From NCBI GenBank assembly GCA_963803975.1, contig CAWDOY010000014.1:32001-96000 (forward strand): a stretch of 64,000 nt of DNA, written 5' to 3'. The position numbers and the translations under genes were made by a program. Below the pieces are notes generated by a model, which did not search any database, was not told where the DNA came from, and saw nothing but the letters and a program-made list of their open reading frames with translations. Below, in pieces: positions 37,792-48,186 of this stretch (positions within the stretch are counted from its first letter, which is position 1; each line of letters starts with the position of its first letter). This stretch comes from an uncultured delta proteobacterium. Lineage in GTDB: Bacteria; Desulfobacterota; WTBG01; CAIYCZ01.

Positions 37792-39226
37792 TGTTCTGCT
37801 CCAGGCAGTATGCGCCGTGGATTATTTTTTCTTCCTCAAACAGGTTGCCGATAATCTGCAGCCCGATAGGAAGCCCCCGGGAGCTAAGACCACAGGGAAT
37901 TGATATGCCGGGAAGGCCGGCAAGATTTGCGGGAATGGTGAAAATATCTGATAGATACATCTGCAGCGGATTGTTGAGCTTTTCTCCCAGCCTGAACGGC
38001 GGCGTGGGCGCGGTCGGGGTCACAATGAGATCACAGGCCTTGAACGCCTCCTCAAAGTCCTGGCGGATGAGGGTTCGCACCTGTGATGCCTTCCGGTAAT
38101 AGGCATCATAATAACCGGCAGACAACGCATAGGTGCCCAGCATGATGCGCCGCTTCACCTCCGCACCAAATCCTTCTGCGCGGGTGATTTCATACATGTC
38201 CCGCAAATCAGTCTCTCCCGGGTGGCGGTAGCCGTATTTTACTCCATCATAGCGGGCAAGGTTTGAGCTCGCCTCTGCCGGTGCTATCAGGTAATATGCG
38301 GCGACCGCGTATTCTGTGTGGGGGAGCGTTATCTCGGTGAGTGTTGCTCCCTGCCGCTCAAGTATGCGCAGCGCTTCCCATACCGCCTTCTCCACTTCCG
38401 GGTCTATGCCGCTTGCTCCAAAATACTCTCTGGGCACTCCGAGTCTCAGGCCTTTTGCCTCTGGAATCAGAGCGCGGGTGTAGTCAGGAACTTCCCGGTT
38501 GACCGCGGTCGAGTCCCGCGGGTCATGGCCGCTTATATAATTCATGAGCAGCGCCGTGTCCGTTACATCCTTGGTCATGGGGCCGATCTGGTCAAGGGAG
38601 GAGGCAAAGGCAATCAGCCCGAACCGGGAAACCCGGCCGTAGGTGGGCTTCATGCCCACAATCCCGCAGCAGGCAGCGGGCTGGCGTATGGAGCCCCCGG
38701 TATCGGTTCCCAGCGCTGCAATACATTCATCTGCTGCAACCGCGGCTGCTGAACCGCCGCTGGAGCCTCCGGGCACACGCTCCAGATCCCAGGGATTGGC
38801 GGTCGGGCCAAAACATGAGGTCTCGGTGGAGGAGCCCATGGCAAATTCATCCATGTTGGTTTTTCCCACGAGAACCGCGTGCTGCTCTTTAAGCCGGCGG
38901 ACCACCGTAGCGTCATACGGGGGAATGAACTGTTCAAGAATTTTTGAGCCGCAGGTAGTCCGGATGCCTGCCGTGCAGAGTAAATCTTTTATGGCCAGGG
39001 GAATGCCGGTCAGCGGCGGTATCGTGCCCTGTTTTGTCTTTTCATCAGCAGCCGCTGCCTGCTTCAGCGCTGCCTCCCGGGTGAGGGTAATGTAGGCATG
39101 CACCCGGGGTTCAACCGCGTCAATCCGCTGGTACACCGCCTGCGTGATCTCAAGGGCGCTTACGGCCTTTTTTTTCAGCAGCTCATGCAGCTCATGAATG
39201 GTCATCTGATAGAGCGCTTTTGTCAC
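37757..39226 (-). CDS. gatA: Asp/Glu-tRNA amidotransferase subunit A
   Basis: [39 protein letters not shown]. Confidence 0.97.
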   Translation of the reverse strand: MTKALYQMTIHELHELLKKKAVSALEITQAVYQRIDAVEPRVHAYITLTREAALKQAAAADEKTKQGTIPPLTGIPLAIKDLLCTAGIRTTCGSKILEQFIPPYDATVVRRLKEQHAVLVGKTNMDEFAMGSSTETSCFGPTANPWDLERVPGGSSGGSAAAVAADECIAALGTDTGGSIRQPAACCGIVGMKPTYGRVSRFGLIAFASSLDQIGPMTKDVTDTALLMNYISGHDPRDSTAVNREVPDYTRALIPEAKGLRLGVPREYFGASGIDPEVEKAVWEALRILERQGATLTEITLPHTEYAVAAYYLIAPAEASSNLARYDGVKYGYRHPGETDLRDMYEITRAEGFGAEVKRRIMLGTYALSAGYYDAYYRKASQVRTLIRQDFEEAFKACDLIVTPTAPTPPFRLGEKLNNPLQMYLSDIFTIPANLAGLPGISIPCGLSSRGLPIGLQIIGNLFEEEKIIHGAYCLEQNSDWHLTKPSLA

Positions 39227-39231
39227 GAATA

Positions 39232-39522
39232 TTATCCTTCTATTATTCTGGGGACTTTAAAGCAGCTGCGCTCGTGAGCCGGTGCGTTTTTCAGCGCTTC
39301 CTCCCCGGCAAGAGACGGCCTGACCTGGTCGTCCCTGAATGCGTTAGAGAGGTTAACCGCATGGGTTGATGGCTCAACCCCCGTCGTGTCAAGCTGCTGC
39401 AGTTTATCAAAATCGGTGAGAATGGTGTTCAGCTGGTCGGTAAACAGATCAAGCTGGTCTTCAGAAAACCTGAGCCGTGCCAGCCGTGCCACATGTTCTA
39501 CATCGTGCCTGGTAATTTTCAT
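39232..39522 (-). CDS. gatC: Asp/Glu-tRNA amidotransferase subunit C
   Basis: [10 protein letters not shown]...LKNAP...FKVPRI. Confidence 0.93.
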   Translation of the reverse strand: MKITRHDVEHVARLARLRFSEDQLDLFTDQLNTILTDFDKLQQLDTTGVEPSTHAVNLSNAFRDDQVRPSLAGEEALKNAPAHERSCFKVPRIIEG

Positions 39523-39614
39523 CGCCTGTTCCTCCGGCATCAGTGTTCTTTGTTCATCACGCAGGCCCCTGCGGTTCATTGTGCCGCAACAGCCGGCGCT
39601 GGGACGTGACAGCT

Positions 39615-40772
39615 TTAAAAGCCGGTTTCCCTTGTGTTGGGATTTATGAACTTCTTGTACATACTCAGTATATAGACGAGCAGGGAGAGCATCAGGGGCC
39701 CAAGAATAATCCCGAGAAATCCGAAATAGGAAAGGCCCCCCATGACGCTGAAAAAAATGAGCAGCGGGTGGATGTTGGTGTCACCTTTCAGCAGCTGCGG
39801 CCGCAGCAGATTGTCGGCAAGACCGATTACCAGAATCCCCCATAAAACAATAAACCCGGCCGCCCCAGGATGCCCGGTAAGCGCCTGAACAATTGCTGCC
39901 GGGCCCCAGATGAGCGCTGTTCCCACAACCGGAATCAACGACGCAAGCACCATCACCGCCCCCCACAGGGCCCAGGAATCAATGCCGCACAGCAAGAATA
40001 CGCTTGCTCCCAGCACGCCCTGTATTGCGGCGATAACCAGGCTCCCCCTGAAAGTCAGCTTGATGGTTTTGAACAGCTCGTCAATTATCTCCTGGCTGTA
40101 TCTTCGGTCAAGGGGGCTCAGCTGTTTGACCTCTTCCAGAAAAGACCTTCCGTCAATAAACAGGTAAAAGGTTATGAACATGATAAAAACGAATCCTACC
40201 ATAATGGAGGAAACGCCGGTTACAATAGACTTGGCGTTGGTGTAAATAAACTGGCTTACGGTGCCCAGATATTTGCCGATTATATCGCCTGCGTTAAAGT
40301 CATAATTGCCCACCGCCGGTATGTACTTTACTATCTTCAGGACCAGCGGGCTGTCTTTAAAATTGAGGACCTGCTGCACGGTCCCGCTTTTAAATGACTC
40401 ATCAAGGTGCTGATAAAAATTATAGGCGCTGGTTGCCAGCACGCCGGTGAAAATCAGGAAGGGGAGGAAAATGATAATAATTATTAAGAGGCAGGTTATG
40501 ATGGAACTGATTGTTTTGCGCCCCCGCAGCCGCCGCGCTATAAAATCATACACCGGGCTGAACAGCACAAAAAGGACAAACGCAAGAAAGATATAGGTTA
40601 AAAAGGGCTTCATTAACAGCAGAAAAATCGCCAGAATAAAAACCGCAAAGGCTGCAAAAAAATAGCGGGCAATGGGCGTGGTAAACCCGGATGAGGAGCC
40701 TGCGGGCAGAACCGTAGTGTCCGGGCGTCCTGCGTTCACTGGCGACTGTTTAATGTCAGATTCTTCTTTCAT
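39615..40772 (-). CDS. AI-2E family transporter
   Basis: SLIPVVGTALIW, DNLLRP, HPLLIFFSVMGG, GIILGP. Confidence 0.9.
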   Translation of the reverse strand: MKEESDIKQSPVNAGRPDTTVLPAGSSSGFTTPIARYFFAAFAVFILAIFLLLMKPFLTYIFLAFVLFVLFSPVYDFIARRLRGRKTISSIITCLLIIIIIFLPFLIFTGVLATSAYNFYQHLDESFKSGTVQQVLNFKDSPLVLKIVKYIPAVGNYDFNAGDIIGKYLGTVSQFIYTNAKSIVTGVSSIMVGFVFIMFITFYLFIDGRSFLEEVKQLSPLDRRYSQEIIDELFKTIKLTFRGSLVIAAIQGVLGASVFLLCGIDSWALWGAVMVLASLIPVVGTALIWGPAAIVQALTGHPGAAGFIVLWGILVIGLADNLLRPQLLKGDTNIHPLLIFFSVMGGLSYFGFLGIILGPLMLSLLVYILSMYKKFINPNTRETGF

Positions 40773-40875
40773 TGCGCACTCTTTTTTTTCTGCTACCGGA
40801 GTTGGTTGCTCTTGGAATATTTTCCTGCTGTTGTTATTGCAGCTTATATCTAAAATTAAAAATAAGTCAACCCTC

Positions 40876-41027
40876 TGGGTTGTTGAAAAAGCGGTTTTCT
40901 CCCCGGCTGGTCAAAAACATCCGGATGCAAGGCGCGCTAAATCAAGAGTAATGAGGCGTACGTTACCGTACGTCGCAATGACGAAGGATGAGCGCAACGA
41001 AGCAGATGGGAGTTTTTCAACAGCCGG
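40876..41027 (+). mobile_element. MITE-like repeat, copy 3 (subtype B)
   Basis: GGTTGTTGAAAAAG...TTTTTCAACAGCCGG followed by TTAA. Confidence 0.8.
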
Positions 41028-41034
41028 TTAAAAA

Positions 41035-41066
41035 CAAAGAGGAAGGTTAACCTCCTTCCTCTTTAA
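41035..41066 (-). terminator. tRNA-Gln terminator
   Basis: AAAGAGGAAGG-N7-CCTTCCTCTTT. Confidence 0.7.
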
Positions 41067-41070
41067 ACTA

Positions 41071-41144
41071 TGGCTCGGGGAGGAGGATTCGAACCTCCAT
41101 AGCGGGATCCAAAGTCCCGAGTCCTGCCATTGGACGATCCCCGA
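41071..41144 (-). tRNA. tRNA-Gln (anticodon TTG)
   Basis: Cloverleaf with TCGGGGA/TCCCCGA acceptor stem, CTTTGGA anticodon loop, GGTTCGAATCC T-arm and encoded CCA. Confidence 0.95.
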
Positions 41145-41261
41145 ACAGCTTCCCTGGTTGCGGAATAATAGTTATTATTACTATTACTGCCTGCTTTGTT
41201 CAATGAATTTCTTTGGTGCGGCCGGGAGCTGTCAGCCACCAGCTTTCAGCAATACCATTAG

Positions 41262-41414
41262 AAGATTCTTGAAAAAGTAGTTTTTTTTCCGGCTGGTCAA
41301 AAACATCCAGATGCAAGGCGCGCGAAATCCTGAGGAATGAGTCGTACTTTCGCAGTACGTCGCAATGACGAAGGATGAGCGCAACGAAGCAGATGGGTGT
41401 TTTTCAACAGCCGG
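41262..41414 (+). mobile_element. MITE-like repeat, copy 4 (subtype B)
   Basis: Flanked by TTAG and TTAA. The right flank contains the dedA stop codon. Confidence 0.8.
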
Positions 41415-42023
41415 TTAATGTGTCCGGCTTTTTTTTATAAACCACCGCACAACAACTACGGCAAGCACAGCAATAATTATAAACAGCACTATCTGATTGT
41501 ACTGTTTTAATAATGCGGTGAGCGTCTCCCAGTTTTTACCCGCCTTATACCCGGCGTAGATGAGCATGCCGTTCCACAACAGACAGCTGATCAGGCAGTA
41601 AAGAGCAACTTTCCCGGTCTTTAATTCAGAAATGCCGGCAAAGATGGAAATGACCGAGCGCGCGCCGGAGAAGAAGCGGTTAAAAAGAATTATCATGTAG
41701 CCGAATTTTTGAAACCAGATCTCGGCCTTAAGCAGGTTTTCTTTCGGGAAATAGCGAAAGTTCCGGTTGAGAAAAAACTCTTTCTCCAGAAATCTCCCCA
41801 GGAAAAACAACAGCATGAACCCGGCAAAGTTTCCCAGCGCGGTAGCGGCAAACACCCCGGAAAACGAGAGCTGCCCGATGCCCACCAGATAGGCGCCGAA
41901 CAGGGTCACCGTGTCGCCGGGAATGGGCGGAATGATGTTTTCAAGGACCGCCGAGATGAACAGGGCAGGGTACAGATAGGCCCCGTCAATGCCTTTGATA
42001 AACTGAAGAAACGAGTCGGCCAT
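41415..42023 (-). CDS. DedA family membrane protein
   Basis: LENIIPPIPGD, GNFAG, RFFSGAR, AGIS. Confidence 0.9.
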   Translation of the reverse strand: MADSFLQFIKGIDGAYLYPALFISAVLENIIPPIPGDTVTLFGAYLVGIGQLSFSGVFAATALGNFAGFMLLFFLGRFLEKEFFLNRNFRYFPKENLLKAEIWFQKFGYMIILFNRFFSGARSVISIFAGISELKTGKVALYCLISCLLWNGMLIYAGYKAGKNWETLTALLKQYNQIVLFIIIAVLAVVVVRWFIKKSRTH

Positions 42024-42044
42024 TAGTATTTAACTTGAACCTAT

Positions 42045-42425
42045 TTAATACCGGGCTTTTTTAAGTACCAGATCCTTGTACGGATACTGTTTGGGGTTGT
42101 GCGTAATTAAGACCGCCTGATGAATTAGTGCTGTTGCGGCAATAAAACAATCGTCCAGCTCCAGTTGCTGTTGTTTTGTTTTTCTTTTCAGGTCACCGGC
42201 TATCTGGGCAACTTTTTTATCGATGGACAGAATATCAAAACTTTCAAGGAACGCCATGGTTGCCGGTTCTTCTTCGTCTCTCATGCCTTCCCTGATTTCT
42301 GCAACTGTTACGGCAGAACAACAGGGCATATCTTCGTCTCTAACAGAGGACATGATTCTTTTTGCTCCTTCTTTTCCCCTGAGAAAATCAATAATAACGT
42401 CGGTATCAAAAAGCAGCTTTGCCAT
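42045..42425 (-). CDS. vapC: VapC-like PIN toxin
   Basis: FDTDVIIDFLRG, TVAEI, DCFIAATA, LITHN. Confidence 0.9.
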   Translation of the reverse strand: MAKLLFDTDVIIDFLRGKEGAKRIMSSVRDEDMPCCSAVTVAEIREGMRDEEEPATMAFLESFDILSIDKKVAQIAGDLKRKTKQQQLELDDCFIAATALIHQAVLITHNPKQYPYKDLVLKKARY

Positions 42426-42682
42426 TAGCCTGGGGTCCGTTTAGATCTTGTGGATATTCTCTGCCGCCTGATAAAAGCTTCTGTGCCGCTCTTTAGTTCA
42501 GGGTGCTCCGCCTTTTTCCATGCCCCGAAAGAATGCTCCAGCGCCTTTTTGTAGTGTATTCTGCGGAGTTCGTTTTTCAATGCATGGGCTACAACCTGGC
42601 TCTGCTTCCCCTTGGGAACTAACGCTCTCAGGGTGGCAAGCACTTCTTCGGGAATGAGAAAATTTGCCTGTACCGTTGGCAT
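42425..42682 (-). CDS. Putative antitoxin (RHH-like) partner of VapC
   Basis: 85 aa, stop overlaps the vapC start, C-terminal SFGAWK motif. Confidence 0.7.
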   Translation of the reverse strand: MPTVQANFLIPEEVLATLRALVPKGKQSQVVAHALKNELRRIHYKKALEHSFGAWKKAEHPELKSGTEAFIRRQRISTRSKRTPG

Positions 42683-42690
42683 AAAACCCT

Positions 42691-42708
42691 CCTATACTAT
42701 ATTATAGG
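42691..42708. promoter_or_regulatory. Palindromic operator upstream of vapBC
   Basis: CCTATA-N6-TATAGG next to the ribosome-binding site. Confidence 0.45.
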
Positions 42709-42934
42709 TTTTAATCTATAACAAAACATAGACCTTTTCAAGCAAAAAACAACAAATTATATTTATTGCCTGTCCTCAGTTAAGTTTTTCGATGTTCATT
42801 GATTTTTAAAAAATGGTTGCTGCAGAAGAGCTATTATCGAGAGGTTTAGAATGAAGCCTTGCGTGAAGGCCGAATTTTTAACTGTTGGTGAGAGGTAAAA
42901 AATAGAAAAAATTTAGAGTTTCTGAGTTCCAGAT

Positions 42935-43409
42935 TCAATTCTTTTTCATCAGCACTACGGCATAGGCGCTCATTCCTTCCCCGCTTCCTTCAAAGCCCAG
43001 GCCTTCAGTAGTTTTAGCTTTAATGTTAACCGCTTCTTTATCAATCTTCAGGCAGCGGGAAATCTTTTCTGCCATGGCCTCTGCATAGCGGGGACAGCTT
43101 CGGCTCCTGGGCAACAATGGTGGCGTCAATATTAGCACAGGAAAAGCCTTTCTGCTCTGCCATGGCCTGAATCTGCTCAAGCAGGTTCAGGCTTGATATG
43201 TCTTTGTAGCGGGGATCCGTGTCCGGGAAATGCCGGCCCAGATCTCCCAGGCCAAGAGCGCCAAGGATTGCATCGCCAATTGCATGCAGCAGCACATCCG
43301 CGTCCGAGTGGCCGAGCAGCCCCTTCTCAAAAGGAATTTCAACGCCGCCCAGGATGAGCTTCCTGCCCGCTACCAGCCGGTGCACATCATAGCCAATACC
43401 AACTCTCAT
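42935..43409 (-). CDS. ispF: 2-C-methyl-D-erythritol 2,4-cyclodiphosphate synthase, frameshifted near 43089
   Basis: [16 protein letters not shown] and HFPD, continuing in another frame as [12 protein letters not shown]. Confidence 0.93.
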
Positions 43410-43537
43410 CAAACACTCCATTAAATTCACGCAAAAGACCCGTTGAGGAGTTCAGGCGTTAAGAGTTAAAGAGTTCAAACTGCCTCAACTCTTTGACTCC
43501 ACAACTCAAAAACTTTTATCTTTGCGCTCTCGGCGGT

Positions 43538-44230
43538 TCAAGCTGTTCTTTTTTTCAAAAGTGCTTCTGCAATTATTAAGTCTTCTGGCGTAGTCACTTT
43601 TATATTATCATACGCTCCCATGATAATTTTCACCGGCCTGCCCAGCCGCGTAACCAGCGAACCTTCATCGGTTCCGATAAACCCGTCTTGAAGGGCCTTC
43701 TGATGCGCTTCCCGGATAAGCTGCAGCTCAAAGGTCTGCGGTGTCTGAATAGACCAGAGCAGGTTTCGCGGCAGGGTCTCTTGCACAAAGCCGGCCTCAT
43801 CCGTGGCCTGTATCGTATCCTTGACCGGAACTGCCGCGACCGTTGCCTGCCACTTTTTTGTCTCCGCAAGCGCACGCTCTATCAAATCAACGGTTATCAG
43901 GGGCCGCGCGCCGTCGTGTATGAGAACCAGGGAGGTATCTTGCGGCACCTGTTCCAGCAGGCGTCTGACCGACTCCTGCCGCACTTCACCTCCGGCTATT
44001 ATGGTGATCTTTTTTTTAAACAGAAATTTTCGCACCACTTCCGCCTCGCAGCCGGCCTCTTCGCCGGGCGCGACCGCAATAATGATCCGGTCTATAGAGG
44101 GTGCTCTGTCAAAGGCTGCCAGGGTATGGTAGAGCACCGGGCGGTTAGCGAGCAGCAGGTAGGGTTTCTTGACAGTGCTTCCCATGCGGCTGCCGCTGCC
44201 GGCTGCGGGGATCAGGGCGATATTCTTCAT
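43538..44230 (-). CDS. ispD: 2-C-methyl-D-erythritol 4-phosphate cytidylyltransferase
   Basis: AAGSGSRM, RQESV, IHDGARP, QTPQ, NIKVTTPED. Confidence 0.96.
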   Translation of the reverse strand: MKNIALIPAAGSGSRMGSTVKKPYLLLANRPVLYHTLAAFDRAPSIDRIIIAVAPGEEAGCEAEVVRKFLFKKKITIIAGGEVRQESVRRLLEQVPQDTSLVLIHDGARPLITVDLIERALAETKKWQATVAAVPVKDTIQATDEAGFVQETLPRNLLWSIQTPQTFELQLIREAHQKALQDGFIGTDEGSLVTRLGRPVKIIMGAYDNIKVTTPEDLIIAEALLKKRTA

Positions 44231-44298
44231 GAGACTAATTTAATCTGAGTTCCTAAGCTGTCAGAATTCATCCTGCAGTATCCAGACGCAAATGGTCA

Positions 44299-45330
44299 TT
44301 ACAATTTCTGCGGCGGGAAAATGTTTCCCGGGTTCTCACCCTTTACCGCGGTAAAAATCATCCGTCCGGCAGTGGTCTGGAGCACGCTCGTTACCGAAAC
44401 ATCAATCTCTTTGCCCTGATAGCGCTTCCCGTTCTCAACCACAACCATGGTGCCGTCATCAAGATACGCTACTCCCTGGCCCTGCTCTTTTCCTTCCCGC
44501 TGGATATAGACCTTCATGATTTCCCCGGGCAAAACCAGCGGCTTCACCGAAGAGGCCAGCTGATTGATGTTCAGCACGGCAACGCCCTGAATCTCTGCAA
44601 CTTTGTTCAGGTTAAAATCATTGGTCATAACCTTGGCGTTCATCTGTTTTGCCAGCGCCACCAGCTTGCCATCCACTTCCCTGATCTTGGGAAAATCCTG
44701 GTCAATAATCCTGACTTCGATGCTGGTCTGTTTCTGAAGTTTTTTAAGAACGTCCAGGCCGCGCCTGCCGCGGTTGCGCTTCAGCGAATCTGCTGAGTCT
44801 GCGATACTGGTCAGCTCCCGCAGGATAAACTGGGGAATGATAAGGGTGCCTTCAACAAGCCCGGTTTCACAGATATCGGCGATGCGGCCGTCAATAATCA
44901 CGCTCGTATCAAGAATCTTAAGGCTCTGCCCGCCGGCTTCCGTGCGCCCGAGAACCGGCCATCCGGACACATCCAGCTCTGCTCCCTTGGTGCCGCCGAC
45001 AGCCATCCCCAGATAGCCGCATACGGCATTTATAATCAGGCAAAAAAGAAGCGTTTGAAGGCCGCGGTCATCGCGAAATGATACCAGGGAATAGGTAAAA
45101 AGATTAGCTATGACAAGTCCAATAATAGTACCGAGGGCACCGGATATGATAATCTTCACCGGCGTCCCGCGCAGGCGCTGCCCCCACACCATGGCCCCTA
45201 TAGAGCACATTGCTCCTGCTGCAGCGCAGGCGGCGGCAGCCGGCATGGTGCTGAAAACGGATATGCCTAAAAACCACCCGCTGCAACTGCAAACCAGCAG
45301 TAACAGCACGCGTACAACAACGGTATGCAT
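44299..45330 (-). CDS. PIN/TRAM domain membrane protein (YacL-like)
   Basis: N-terminal TM helices, LDTSVIIDGRI, TNDFNL, YLDDGTMVVV, and carD-yacL-ispD synteny. Confidence 0.93.
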   Translation of the reverse strand: MHTVVVRVLLLLVCSCSGWFLGISVFSTMPAAAACAAAGAMCSIGAMVWGQRLRGTPVKIIISGALGTIIGLVIANLFTYSLVSFRDDRGLQTLLFCLIINAVCGYLGMAVGGTKGAELDVSGWPVLGRTEAGGQSLKILDTSVIIDGRIADICETGLVEGTLIIPQFILRELTSIADSADSLKRNRGRRGLDVLKKLQKQTSIEVRIIDQDFPKIREVDGKLVALAKQMNAKVMTNDFNLNKVAEIQGVAVLNINQLASSVKPLVLPGEIMKVYIQREGKEQGQGVAYLDDGTMVVVENGKRYQGKEIDVSVTSVLQTTAGRMIFTAVKGENPGNIFPPQKL

Positions 45331-45575
45331 AGGCTGTTCACCTTCTTTCCTTCTATCGTTCCCCGCCGGTTTTTTGTGTGCGGTACCGGCGTTCGATTTG
45401 GTTACCGGCCATAAATAATAGGGCACTGTCAGCGCTGCGGTGCAATATAAAACAGTACTGTTGGAGGATAGTTCGCTGCTGAATCTGTGTGCAGGGGTAT
45501 GGTTAAAAATAGGTTTACTGGTATCCGCGGGAAAAAAGCTTTCAGGGGAATGATGTGAAACGGGATAGGTCAGGC

Positions 45576-46067
45576 TCAGCAGCTCCTCTGTTCAAAAAGC
45601 GCCTCAATATGTTTTTCTACGCGTTCTTCCGTGCTCTTCTGCGCCACCGACAGCTCTTTCACCAGGAGCCCCTTGGCCATGTCGAGCATGCGCCGCTCAC
45701 CAAAAGAGAGGTCCTTGCCCACCCGCAGCAATAAAAGATCCCGCAGCACCGATGCTACCTCAAATACCGAGCCGGTCCTGATTTTCTCCATATATTCCCG
45801 GTACCGTCTATTCCAGGTTTGTGAGTCAGAGGGCAGGGCCTTTTCCTTGAGTATTTTATAAACCCGGGTCACCTCTTTATCCGAAGCGATGCCGCGCAGC
45901 CCTACCTGGATGGCATTATCAGTGGGAATCAGAATGGTCATGCCATTGCTGAACAGGCGCAGAATATAGAACGATTGCTCTTTACCGGAAAAGGTTTTCG
46001 TCTCGATTGCATCAATGACACCAACGCCGTGTGCCGGGTAAACGGCCCTATCTCCTACTTTAAACAT
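45576..46067 (-). CDS. carD: CarD/CdnL family transcription regulator
   Basis: FKVGDRAVYPAHGVG, WNRRYRE, LSFGER. Confidence 0.93.
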   Translation of the reverse strand: MFKVGDRAVYPAHGVGVIDAIETKTFSGKEQSFYILRLFSNGMTILIPTDNAIQVGLRGIASDKEVTRVYKILKEKALPSDSQTWNRRYREYMEKIRTGSVFEVASVLRDLLLLRVGKDLSFGERRMLDMAKGLLVKELSVAQKSTEERVEKHIEALFEQRSC

Positions 46068-46397
46068 GGGACCCCTCCTTTGTTCCGCAATCATGCAGTT
46101 ATCTGGTGCTTCTTTTTTTGCTGTATTACACTGCTCTCTTTTCTGCATAGAAAGGCTCAATTCTAGATTACGAAGTCATGCACTATCAAATATATACACA
46201 GAATGTTGAGTGAAGTGGAAGCGCTGCTGGTGGTGTATCCTGAGCTCGTGCCGGGTAGAATCTGTCGGTTTCTCTCAGGATGGCCCCTGTCGTTTTTTAT
46301 ACGAATACTACCTATATCAAATTTTCCGGAAAAACACAACCGTTTTCTTTCGGAAAATTCATGGCCAAATCGCGGCAGGTGCTGCGCGGTCTGTTCG

Positions 46398-46549
46398 CAG
46401 GTTGTTGAAAAAGCTGTTTTTTCCCGGCTGGTCAAAAACATCCGGATGCACGGCGCACGAAATCAAGAGGAATGAGTCGTGCGTTACCGTACGTCGCAAT
46501 GACGAGGGATGAGCGCAACGCAGCCAGATGGGTGTTTTTCAACAGCCGG
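46398..46549 (+). mobile_element. MITE-like repeat, copy 5 (subtype B)
   Basis: The right flank TTAG contains the nuoN stop codon. Confidence 0.8.
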
Positions 46550-48022
46550 TTAGAGAAACATTTTAATGGAGTCTTGCGCTAACTGCAGGTAGGATGAAGG
46601 GAAAAGGCCCATCTGCACGGTGAAAAAAATAGCGATAAGCAATACGCCGGCGAGTGCCGGGTACAGGAAAACAGCTGCCTCTTCAGCCCCGGATTCAGGC
46701 TCCTGCATAAACATCATCACGGTTACGCGCAGATAATAATAGACACTCACCAGGCTGTTGAGGACCGCAATTATGGTTAACCCGATATATCCCTCTTTGA
46801 CCGCGGCACTGAAAATATAAAATTTTCCCATAAACCCGCTGAACGGCGGAATTCCCGCCAGAGAAAACATGAAGACTGCCATGGCTGCACCCAGCGCCAG
46901 ATGCCTCGAACCAAGGCCTGCATACGCACTAAGATTAAGATTCTTTTCGCCTTTCTGCTCGATGGCGATGACCACCGCAAATGCGCCGATGTTCATGAGC
47001 GTGTAGACCAGCAGATAGTAGAGCACCGCTCCGGTGCCCGCCGCGCCCCCGGCCACAACGCCGATCAGGATATAGCCGGCATGGGCTATTGAAGAATAGG
47101 CGAGCATCCGCTTGATATTGGTCTGCCGGAGCGCCGCCACATTGCCGATGGTCATGGTCAGCACACTGCCAATCCATAAAAGCTCTTTCCAGTGTGGGCT
47201 AAGGGCTGCCAGACTCCCCGCAAATACCCGCAGCAGCGCGGCAAATGCAGCTGCTTTTACGCCCACGGACATAAATCCGGTAATGGGGGTGGGGGCTCCC
47301 TCATATACATCCGGCGCCCACATGTGAAAAGGCGCCATGGCGATTTTAAAGCCAAAACCGGTGAGCAGGAGTCCCATTCCTGCCAGAAGCATCGGCTCCC
47401 GCAGTATCTGCTTCTGGGCCAGCACGCTGCCGATGTCGGCAAGACGGGTGCTGCCGCACGCGCCGTAAAGCAGCGCTATGCCATAGAGCAGAAATCCCGT
47501 GGAAAAAGCCCCCAGCATAAAATATTTCAGCGAACTCTCCGCGCTCCGGGTGCTGTCCTGCGCCATGCCTGCCAGTACGTACAGGGAAACGCTTAACACC
47601 TCAAGGCCCAGAAAGAGCATGATCAGGTCTGTGCTCTGCGCCATAAGCACCATCCCGGTGGTGGCAAAAAGCGTCAGGGTATAATATTCACCGGCGGCGA
47701 TCCCCTGAGCGCGCACATAGCCGCTGCTCATAAGAAGCGTCAGTCCTCCGGCAATTAAAAACAGGGTGGTAAAAAACGTAGAAAAGTTATCCGCCACCAC
47801 CATGCCATAAAAACCGTACGCAGCCTCCTTGCCCCAGAAAGAGGCGCTCACCGCCAGCGCCCCGAGCATGCCGACAAACCCGATCCACATAAGAAACGGC
47901 TGTTCCGAATCGCTTTTGACAAACAAATCGGTCATCATGATTCCCAGTGCTGCCAACACCAGCACCACTTCAGGCCCGATAATACTTAACATGGCGGTAC
48001 TGATCTCAATTCCCATCTGCAC
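46550..48022 (-). CDS. nuoN: NADH-quinone oxidoreductase subunit N
   Basis: ESSLKYF, FKIAMAPFHMWAPDVYEGAP, KRMLAYSSIAHAGY. Confidence 0.95.
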   Translation of the reverse strand: MQMGIEISTAMLSIIGPEVVLVLAALGIMMTDLFVKSDSEQPFLMWIGFVGMLGALAVSASFWGKEAAYGFYGMVVADNFSTFFTTLFLIAGGLTLLMSSGYVRAQGIAAGEYYTLTLFATTGMVLMAQSTDLIMLFLGLEVLSVSLYVLAGMAQDSTRSAESSLKYFMLGAFSTGFLLYGIALLYGACGSTRLADIGSVLAQKQILREPMLLAGMGLLLTGFGFKIAMAPFHMWAPDVYEGAPTPITGFMSVGVKAAAFAALLRVFAGSLAALSPHWKELLWIGSVLTMTIGNVAALRQTNIKRMLAYSSIAHAGYILIGVVAGGAAGTGAVLYYLLVYTLMNIGAFAVVIAIEQKGEKNLNLSAYAGLGSRHLALGAAMAVFMFSLAGIPPFSGFMGKFYIFSAAVKEGYIGLTIIAVLNSLVSVYYYLRVTVMMFMQEPESGAEEAAVFLYPALAGVLLIAIFFTVQMGLFPSSYLQLAQDSIKMFL

Positions 48023-48035
48023 ACTCTCCCTTTAG

Positions 48036-48186
48036 CAGGTTGTTGAAAAAGTTGTTTTCCCCGGGCTATTTAAAAATGCCCAGATGCAAGGCCCCCGAAA
48101 TCCTGAGAAGTGAGGCGTACTTCAGGGTACGCCGCAACGACGAAGGACGAGGGAAACGCCGCAGATGGGCGTTTTTCAACAGCCCG
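48036..48186 (+). mobile_element. MITE-like repeat, copy 6 (subtype A), inside the nuo operon
   Basis: Exact TTAG duplication at 48032-48035 and 48187-48190. The right copy contains the nuoM stop codon. Confidence 0.85.
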
